DNA from: Deltaproteobacteria bacterium
GTDB lineage: Bacteria > Desulfobacterota > Desulfobaccia > Desulfobaccales > 0-14-0-80-60-11
DNA: 64,000 nt
Assembly (NCBI GenBank): GCA_016875015.1
Contig: VGSJ01000001.1
Location: 12,889-76,888, forward strand
Reading direction: 5' to 3'
The translations under genes and the position numbers were made by a program. The notes below the pieces were generated by a model. It ran no database searches and was not told the DNA's origin. It saw nothing but the letters and a program-made list of their open reading frames with translations. Each line of letters opens with the position of its first letter. Position 1 is the first letter of the stretch. Positions 16,416 to 23,268 of the stretch are shown one piece after another.

Positions 16416-17945
16416 TCAGACCAGGGGGGGGTCGTTGCCTCCCCCCGGCTTGGTCACCGGGGCGCCGTTCCCAAAGGTCAGCATCATGTCAAAATCTTCA
16501 TCCCGGGGAAAATCCTTCCAGCCGGGCGTGTTCCGGTCGCCGATAATAGTTATCCCCGAAATCGAGCCGCAGTTGTAGTTGCCGCCCTGGGCCGTCTGGG
16601 ACGGCTCCGTATGGTCGTGCATGGCGTAGACCAGGGGCGACTGCCGCTGGTGGATATCCACGTTTACCAACGGGTTGAGGAAACTTTGTTTGAAGGTGCC
16701 GGTCGCGGGCTGATACATGGCAAACTCTTGCTGGGGGGGCCAGGTGGCGCCGAGGCCGGCCGGAAGGCCCGGGTCCGCCCGGCCGATGCCCCGGGTATTG
16801 GGGACATCCGGGGGCCGCATGAAGGGAATCACCATGTCGTAAATGTCCATGGATTTCGAGGTGAAGGTGTCCACCCAGAGAAGGTTGGATTGGACCCGCC
16901 CGTTGACGCAGGCGATGAAAAAGTGATTGCCGTGCAGATGCATGGAATGGGTCCACAACCCGGCGTTCATGACCCGGGCCAGGCACGGCTCCCCCACCCG
17001 GAGCATGGGGGTGATGGCCGGATGATTGTGGCTGAAATGCCCGGATTGCCCGCAGATGGTGAAGAAATGCGGCTTCTTGTTGAAGGCGTTGTTGATGGCA
17101 ATCCCCGGGCCAAAGGGGAGGGGAAACGCCATCCTCGGATCGGTGTTGGTGGCGATGAGAGGAGGTAAGCCGGGCCTGTCAGTTTCCCCGATAAAGGCGT
17201 CCATGAACGCGGCCGCGGGGTAATCTGCGCCGGGCGTAAAGTTCCCCACCTCCTCAAAGAGCACGGGGCTGGCCTGGTGGAGCAGCCAGACGTACTGCCG
17301 GAAAGGCAGGGTGGGCGGGGTGGCCGCGGCATCCCCCTGTTCCCAGGCCAGGCCGGGCCACCAGGCGGCCCGGCCGAAATCGTTGAACAGTTGCTGGACA
17401 TTGGGCGTGGGCAAGCTGTAAGGGGTCAACCGATTACCCCCCCGGGCGCGGGTGCCGCGCAGGTTGGCGGGCATGACGATGAAGGCGCCGTGCAGCCCCA
17501 TGACCCGGTTCACCGGGGCATTCAGGTTGTCGTAGTAGAGATAGCTGCCCGCTCGGGTGACTCGAAAAGTTCCGGTCACGGTGGCCCCCGGCGCAATGGG
17601 ACCGCTGTTGTACATGCCCGGGATGAAAAAAGCGTGGTCTTCATCCAGGTCATTGGTGATACTGATGTTGATGGTATCGCCCACGGTGGTATAGATTTGC
17701 GGCCCGGGGCAATCCGCCGGGAAATTCGGGGCGTTCGATTTATAGATCCAGAAGTAACAGGTAGCCAGGTTGTTCCCCGGTTCATGCGTCACCATCTCTT
17801 TGACGGCATCGGTAATGGTGAAATTCAGGGTCTGGGTCTGGACTGCGGCGTAGGCCGGGTTGGCCATGAGCCACGGCATCTTGCTGCCCACCACCAGGGT
17901 GGCCAGACCGCTTACGCCGTATTTAATAAAATCACGCCGTTTCAT
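16416..17945 (-). CDS. Tat-exported multicopper-oxidase-like protein (carries the domain-3-type HxxHxH and an HDH variant of HCH)
   Basis: 509 aa. Twin-arginine signal MKRRDFIKYGVSGLATLVVG...AYA. WTHSMHLHGNHFF (H333/H336/H338) and YAMHDHTEP (H443-D444-H445, Asp where the T1 Cys is expected). The N-terminal cupredoxin domain has lost its motif 1/2 histidines (DHAFFIPG, YLYYDN). Confidence 0.8.
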   Translation of the reverse strand: MKRRDFIKYGVSGLATLVVGSKMPWLMANPAYAAVQTQTLNFTITDAVKEMVTHEPGNNLATCYFWIYKSNAPNFPADCPGPQIYTTVGDTINISITNDLDEDHAFFIPGMYNSGPIAPGATVTGTFRVTRAGSYLYYDNLNAPVNRVMGLHGAFIVMPANLRGTRARGGNRLTPYSLPTPNVQQLFNDFGRAAWWPGLAWEQGDAAATPPTLPFRQYVWLLHQASPVLFEEVGNFTPGADYPAAAFMDAFIGETDRPGLPPLIATNTDPRMAFPLPFGPGIAINNAFNKKPHFFTICGQSGHFSHNHPAITPMLRVGEPCLARVMNAGLWTHSMHLHGNHFFIACVNGRVQSNLLWVDTFTSKSMDIYDMVIPFMRPPDVPNTRGIGRADPGLPAGLGATWPPQQEFAMYQPATGTFKQSFLNPLVNVDIHQRQSPLVYAMHDHTEPSQTAQGGNYNCGSISGITIIGDRNTPGWKDFPRDEDFDMMLTFGNGAPVTKPGGGNDPPLV

Positions 17946-18068
17946 TGAACATCCTCCTTATAAATGGCTCCTGCCAAGAACCGGCCGACATCCGCCGCAC
18001 TCCGCTATCCTTATTTTGAGAAATTGATCCTGCAACCTGAGATAATTTTAATCGTCTTCCGTTCATTA

Positions 18069-18094
18069 GAAAATAGGTAAAAATGCCTATTTTC
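18069..18094. promoter_or_regulatory. Perfect 9-bp inverted repeat GAAAATAGG-N8-CCTATTTTC in the divergent intergenic region
   Basis: Read directly. It lies between the divergently transcribed genes starting at 17945 (-) and 18214 (+). It is a candidate operator; no binding protein can be assigned. Confidence 0.3.
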
Positions 18095-18213
18095 AAACCC
18101 GCGGGGCTTGGTTATATTCTTTGCAAAACAGCGGAGAGTTTTGGAAGAGATCGACCGTTAGAACCAGTAGGCACTGATAAAGACCGGCTTCAATCATTAA
18201 AGGAGAACTGCCC

Positions 18214-18780
18214 ATGCCCAGGTTGAGATCCAACCCATTTCTGTTCACCTCTCTTCTGGTGGCGGCCCTGGCGCTTTTCAGCGCCTCGACGCTGCTGGCC
18301 CAGCCCATGTCGAACCCTGAGGCCAAGCCCCCCAGGACCATGACCTGGGTTCTGACCAATGGTACGGTGATTGCCCCCGAGCAGATAAAAACTGACGGCA
18401 ATCTCACCACCGGCTATGTGGTGGAAGCCACGGCCGCGGCCCAAGGCCGGGCTCGCGTCCTCGCCGGCAAGTTCACCATTAAATGTACGATCGAAAACAA
18501 AGGGGGAGGACAGTTCCTGCTCCGGGGCGCCTGGGACATAACCCGGGAAGGTGCACCGCAGACGACCCGCCGCACCCCCGACTCCATCAAGGGGACCCTC
18601 GTGGCGAATCTCGACTTCAACCCCGCGGCTTCCATCAATCAAGCTGCCGGGGCCGGACCCATCAACGGCAATGTTCTCGTCAATCCTAAGCGGCGCCATG
18701 CGGGTAAGGAAGTCAAGGCCAAGGGAACCTTCAAGGGTGACGAAAAATTTAATGGAACCATTTTCCTCTCAAGAAACTGA
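18214..18780 (+). CDS. Secreted hypothetical protein
   Basis: 188 aa. SD AAAGGAG precedes the ATG. Signal peptide ...LALFSASTLLAQP. No recognisable domain. Confidence 0.7.
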   Translation: MPRLRSNPFLFTSLLVAALALFSASTLLAQPMSNPEAKPPRTMTWVLTNGTVIAPEQIKTDGNLTTGYVVEATAAAQGRARVLAGKFTIKCTIENKGGGQFLLRGAWDITREGAPQTTRRTPDSIKGTLVANLDFNPAASINQAAGAGPINGNVLVNPKRRHAGKEVKAKGTFKGDEKFNGTIFLSRN

Positions 18781-18930
18781 GGCGCGGCAGCACGACTTAA
18801 GCCGGTCCGCGGCGATCTTAGCAGGAGAACCGCAGGTCGTGCGAGATTTCCCGCAACTGTTCGTTGCGTTCTGAGAGAACCGCTGGTCAACCTTTATGCT
18901 TCTTTTAACGAGAACACCTAGGAGGGGATT

Positions 18931-21225
18931 ATGAGGGCCCGTAAGCGTTTATTTTCAAAGTTCATAGTCGCGGTGCTGACGTTGTTGGGGAGCGTCGCGT
19001 TGGTCGCAGGCCCGATATGGGCATCCGCCCCGTCAGTTGCGCCGGCAGCAGGGCCGAGTTCCTTATCCAAGGCCCAGGTGGCGGAGGGTTACGGGCGACT
19101 TCCCCTATTTTTCACCGAAAACCAGGGGCAGGTTGACTCACGAGTGAAGTTTTATGCCCGGGGCCAAGGTCATGCCGTCTTCTTTACTTCCGAAAGCATG
19201 GCCCTGAGCCTGAGCCGGGCTTCCGACGATGCCAAGAGAAGGGGCGAAAAGAAAGGTAAAGCCAAAGGTGACCAGGCGTTGGTGCAATTGCGCCCCCAGG
19301 GAATGCGCCCCGGAGTGGAAATCCTGGCCACCGAACCCTTGCCGGGCAAGGTTAACTATTACCAGGGGAATGATCCCGGGAAATGGCGCACCGAGGTGCC
19401 CACCTATAAGTCGGTGCTGTACCGGGAGGCCTACCCGGGCATCGACCTGAAATTTTACGGTGCCGGCCAGCAGGTGGAGTACGACCTCATTATTAAACCC
19501 GGGGCGGATCCAAAACAGGTTAAGTTCCTCTACCAGGGGATCAAGGCCCTGAAAATCACGAAGGGCGGCGAGCTGACCATCACCTTGCCCGGCGGCGGCC
19601 ACCTGGTCCAGCAGAAACCCGTGATCTACCAGGAAATCAACGGCCAGCGGGTCAGCCGGGAGGGGAAATTCCGGTTGCTGCCCGATAAGCGCGGTTATGG
19701 CTTTGATCTGGCCTCTTATGACACCCGCTATCCGCTGATCATTGATCCGGTGATCCTGGTCTATTCCACTTACCTGGGAGGCAACACCTGGGAATCAGGC
19801 AACGCCATTGCGGTGGACGCCTCCGGCAGCGCTTATGTGGCGGGCACCACCCAATCCGTGAACTTCCCCACCACCGTTGGTGTCGCTCAGACGGTTTTCG
19901 GCGGGGTGGAGGATGCCTTTGTCACTAAATTCAACCCCGCCGGCAACGCCCTGGTTTTCTCCACCTACCTGGGGGGCGCGGATGACGATATCGGCTTAGG
20001 TATTGCCGTGGACAGCACCGGCGCTGCCTATGTGGCGGGCGAGACCTTCTCCGCCAACTTTCCCCTGTCGGTGGCCCCGGCCCCGCTCCAAGCCGCCTTA
20101 GCGGGAACTAACAGCGCCTTTATGACCAAACTCAGCCCCACCGGGACCCTGGCCTACTCCACTTATCTGGGGGGGAGCGCGAGTGCTGCCGGGCCCGGCA
20201 CGGGTTCGACTATCGGCAAGGTCATTGCCATAGATGGCGCCGGGATTGCTTACCTAGCCGGGGATGCCAGCTCCACCAACTTCCCCCTGGCGGGCGCCTC
20301 CGTCCAGACCACGCTTAATGGAAGCGTCAACGCCTTTGTCGCCAAGATTAACCCCGCCATCTCAGGCCCGGGTGGCCTGGTATACTCCACCTACCTGGGA
20401 GGCGCGGTGTCCGAGGCGGCGTGGGGGATCGCGGTGAATACCGCCGGCACCGCCATTTATGTGGCCGGCGAGACCCAATCCGGTGACTTCCCCATCTCGG
20501 TGGCCCCGTTCCAGGCCACGAATAAGGGGTTCACCAACGCCTTTGTCACCCGGATTGACCCCAGCGTTGGAGGCCTGGCAGGCCTGGTGTACTCCACCTA
20601 CCTGGGAGGCTCCACGGTTATCCTTACCGGTTTGGGCGGCGACGATGCCGCTACCGGGGGCATTGCCGTGGATGCCGCCGGGAACGCCTACGTGGCCGGG
20701 AACACCGATTCCCTTGACTTCCCCATCACCCCGGGCGTCTTCCAGACTACCTTGAAAGGCGCCAGCAATGCCTTTGTCACCAAGTTCGATCCCACCGGGA
20801 CCCCGGTATATTCTACTTACCTGGGCGGCAACGGCAGTGATCTCGCCTGGTTTATTGCGGTGGACGCTTTAGGCAATGCTTATGTCACGGGCGAGACCAG
20901 TTCCGCTAATTTCCCCCTCTTAGGTCCTCTCCAGAAGACCCTCACGGGGGCGCCCAATGCCTTTGTAACCAAACTCAATGCCGGGGGGACCGGCCTCCTC
21001 TACTCCACTTATCTGGGTGGAACTGCGACCGACTTTGGCTTCGGCATCGCAGTGGATTCTTCCTCGCGCGCCTATGTGGCGGGTTTCACCACCTCCACCA
21101 ACTTCCCCACCAAGAATCCTTTTCAGGCTGCCCCGGCTCTAACTGCCACGGGGGCCGCCTTTGTTGCGAAGCTGCAATCGGGCACTATAACGCCGATCTA
21201 TGAAGTGCTCCTTCTGGATGAATGA
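18931..21225 (+). CDS. Secreted SBBP (beta-propeller) repeat protein; C-terminal PIYEVLLLDE tail
   Basis: 764 aa. SD GGAGG, signal peptide. About 9 repeats of the form YSTYLGG...D.G.GIAVD..G.AYV.G.T.S.NFP....Q... NAFVTK, which is the SBBP repeat pattern. Confidence 0.88.
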   Translation: MRARKRLFSKFIVAVLTLLGSVALVAGPIWASAPSVAPAAGPSSLSKAQVAEGYGRLPLFFTENQGQVDSRVKFYARGQGHAVFFTSESMALSLSRASDDAKRRGEKKGKAKGDQALVQLRPQGMRPGVEILATEPLPGKVNYYQGNDPGKWRTEVPTYKSVLYREAYPGIDLKFYGAGQQVEYDLIIKPGADPKQVKFLYQGIKALKITKGGELTITLPGGGHLVQQKPVIYQEINGQRVSREGKFRLLPDKRGYGFDLASYDTRYPLIIDPVILVYSTYLGGNTWESGNAIAVDASGSAYVAGTTQSVNFPTTVGVAQTVFGGVEDAFVTKFNPAGNALVFSTYLGGADDDIGLGIAVDSTGAAYVAGETFSANFPLSVAPAPLQAALAGTNSAFMTKLSPTGTLAYSTYLGGSASAAGPGTGSTIGKVIAIDGAGIAYLAGDASSTNFPLAGASVQTTLNGSVNAFVAKINPAISGPGGLVYSTYLGGAVSEAAWGIAVNTAGTAIYVAGETQSGDFPISVAPFQATNKGFTNAFVTRIDPSVGGLAGLVYSTYLGGSTVILTGLGGDDAATGGIAVDAAGNAYVAGNTDSLDFPITPGVFQTTLKGASNAFVTKFDPTGTPVYSTYLGGNGSDLAWFIAVDALGNAYVTGETSSANFPLLGPLQKTLTGAPNAFVTKLNAGGTGLLYSTYLGGTATDFGFGIAVDSSSRAYVAGFTTSTNFPTKNPFQAAPALTATGAAFVAKLQSGTITPIYEVLLLDE

Positions 21226-21241
21226 TCCTCGGCGCCCAACT

Positions 21242-21269
21242 CCGGCGCCTCCCCAATAAGAGGCGCCGG
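21242..21269 (+). terminator. GC hairpin (10-bp stem CCGGCGCCTC / GAGGCGCCGG) between the SBBP gene and the next gene
   Basis: Read directly. It is followed by CTATAATA rather than a T-run, so it may be an attenuator or RNA-stability element rather than a full terminator. Confidence 0.4.
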
Positions 21270-21290
21270 CTATAATACGGAGAACTGGTC

Positions 21291-22637
21291 ATGTTGAAGA
21301 AAGGTCGATTCCTTTGGTTGACCGTGGTGTTGCTCCTGGCTTTTGCCCAGCCGGGTCTGCCAGCCTTATCGGCGGTGGGGCCGGTGGTGCCGGATGCGGA
21401 CGGAGATCCCCTGACGCCCCCTTGGGCCCCCCCGTTCCAACTGGGGGCGCCCACCGGTTTTAACGGTTTTCCCGTGTGGTACCGGGACAGCTTGGGGCAG
21501 ACGCTGGTATTGGCCCCGGGGAATCCCCTGGTGTTCTCGGACCCGGTGGACCCCCTCAATCCCTTCTCAGTCCAAGTCGGGTTCGGCGGCGAAGCCATGT
21601 ATTGGACCGGCGATGCCACGATGCCTACGTCTGCCGGTACGGCCGATTTGGGTATGGCCTTGGAGTGCACCTTTAATACCGGCGATCCCGCCCCCGGGGA
21701 GCAAATCGTCTTTGCCCGGATCCGGATCCGCATCGACACCCCCATCCCGGGAACCTACACCGTATTTCATCCCTACGGCGCCAAGACGTTCTCGGACGTC
21801 CCGGCGGGAATAAGGGGGATCAACGACACCTCCGACATCGGGATCGGCGCCCCGGGAGACTTCACGGGAGCGTTGAACGGCCAGATCGGACCCTTTTTAC
21901 GCCAGGTGACCGGAGCGCCGCCGGGATATATCGGTGATGGGCTTCCTGCCCTGGTCACGGGCAGTCCCATCCCCAGCGCCCTCCATCCCTCGGGTTTCCA
22001 GAATTTTTTCCGGGTCGAAGGGCCGCCGGGCTCCGGTCTTGTTTGGGAAACCGATCAAATCGCCGTGGGGGGCAAATTCTATGACGGCACCCCCTACAAC
22101 ATTACCCGGGCCACCTATAATCGGAGCGCCGCCGGGGTCTTTGCGGATGTTTTCGTCACCGTCCCCCCGCCGGTCCCCGCGGGGACAGCTTTCAGGGTGA
22201 GGCGGCCTGATCAGCCGGCTGGATCTGGGGTTCTCATGACCCGCAGCCAGAACCAGTACTATGCCCGGGTCAACTTCCCCGCTGGTCTGCCGGCGAACCC
22301 GACGGTGGTTTGCACCGGCACCACCCCCGGTTTTACCCCCACGGTTCAGTCGTCATCTCTGGTGGCCGGAATCTTCATTACCAAGGCTGAAGCCACCCTG
22401 ATCACGGGGCGTCCTAATCGTTATAATTTAAACATTGAAGCCTTTTCCACTGATGTCCAGGCTGCTCTGACGGCTACAGGTTGGAGTGCGGCCAAGGTGC
22501 CGATGATCCCGCCGGCGGCGCCGGGAGCTCCGTGGACTTTGAGGGTCGCCGGCCTCGCCATACCCCCGGCCACGGTGACGGTGCAATCCGCCGCCGGACA
22601 AGGGGTGCAAAGCAACGTCATGGTCGTTTTACCGTAA
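21291..22637 (+). CDS. Secreted hypothetical protein (448 aa), no recognisable domain
   Basis: Signal peptide MLKKGRFLWLTVVLLLAFAQPGLPALSA. GC3-rich coding pattern consistent with its neighbours. Confidence 0.7.
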   Translation: MLKKGRFLWLTVVLLLAFAQPGLPALSAVGPVVPDADGDPLTPPWAPPFQLGAPTGFNGFPVWYRDSLGQTLVLAPGNPLVFSDPVDPLNPFSVQVGFGGEAMYWTGDATMPTSAGTADLGMALECTFNTGDPAPGEQIVFARIRIRIDTPIPGTYTVFHPYGAKTFSDVPAGIRGINDTSDIGIGAPGDFTGALNGQIGPFLRQVTGAPPGYIGDGLPALVTGSPIPSALHPSGFQNFFRVEGPPGSGLVWETDQIAVGGKFYDGTPYNITRATYNRSAAGVFADVFVTVPPPVPAGTAFRVRRPDQPAGSGVLMTRSQNQYYARVNFPAGLPANPTVVCTGTTPGFTPTVQSSSLVAGIFITKAEATLITGRPNRYNLNIEAFSTDVQAALTATGWSAAKVPMIPPAAPGAPWTLRVAGLAIPPATVTVQSAAGQGVQSNVMVVLP

Positions 22638-22715
22638 GCAACCTTGATGAAGTGTTACTTTTGGCAGACGGATGAATGCAACCCGACTCCGGCGCCGGCA
22701 AAATAAAATCTACCC

Positions 22716-22757
22716 GGCGCCCCGCCTTCCTGAGGGAAGGCGGGGCGCCTTTATTTT
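22716..22757 (+). terminator. Rho-independent terminator ending the plus-strand secreted-protein operon
   Basis: GGCGCCCCGCCTTCC-TGA-GGGAAGGCGGGGCGCC (15-bp stem) followed by TTTATTTT. Confidence 0.85.
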
Positions 22758-22847
22758 CAGGGCGCTTTGCCTCCGACCCGCATAAGTTGCGCCTCGCCCC
22801 CACGAGGCGGCGCCGGGTAAACCGGAGTGCCCCTCACAATCCCGGTT

Positions 22848-22948
22848 ATACCAAGTTGCCATCAAACAGGTAATTTATTTGTAGGGGCGCCATGAATTGC
22901 GCCACGAAAGCATTGACAAATATTACTTCTATGCGCGCAACTTGGTAT
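22848..22948 (+). mobile_element. MITE-like element, family A copy 3 (101 bp, single degenerate hairpin)
   Basis: ATACCAAGTTGCCATCAAACAGGTAATTTATTTGTAGGGGCGCC...TTACTTCTATGCGCGCAACTTGGTAT. It has the same termini and subterminal blocks as copies 1 and 2. Confidence 0.65.
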
Positions 22949-23268
22949 GAAACCTTGGATCAATAATGTTATTCTGAGTACTGATAAAAATTTCTTAAAT
23001 TACCATTAGGTTGAGATTCTTTATTTCTTCAGGATGATAAAAACGGTTATTATATTCAATCAATATACAAAATTTCGGGAATCCCGGGACCATAGGTGAT
23101 TCATTTTTATCCGATATTCAGAAATAGCACGGTTTGTAAATTCATGTTAAATTTAAAAAAGGAGCTTACCCAAAATTTCAGGTATATTTTTCTCGGGGTG
23201 AGAAGAGGTTGCCACCTATCCGTGGTCGACAATAAGAGAGCATTCCACCTATTCTCCTGGAATTCACC

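Noticed and set aside
18109-18125. Sigma54-like -24/-12 candidates TTGGTTATATTCTTTGCA (18109-18125) and CTGGTCAACCTTTATGCT (18883-18900), upstream of the two plus-strand secreted-protein genes
   Set aside because: In both, 11 nt separate GG and GC instead of the strictly conserved 10, and the -24 box lacks the CAC. They are not accepted as promoters, though it is notable that both share the same off-by-one spacing. A PWM scan and TSS mapping would settle it.
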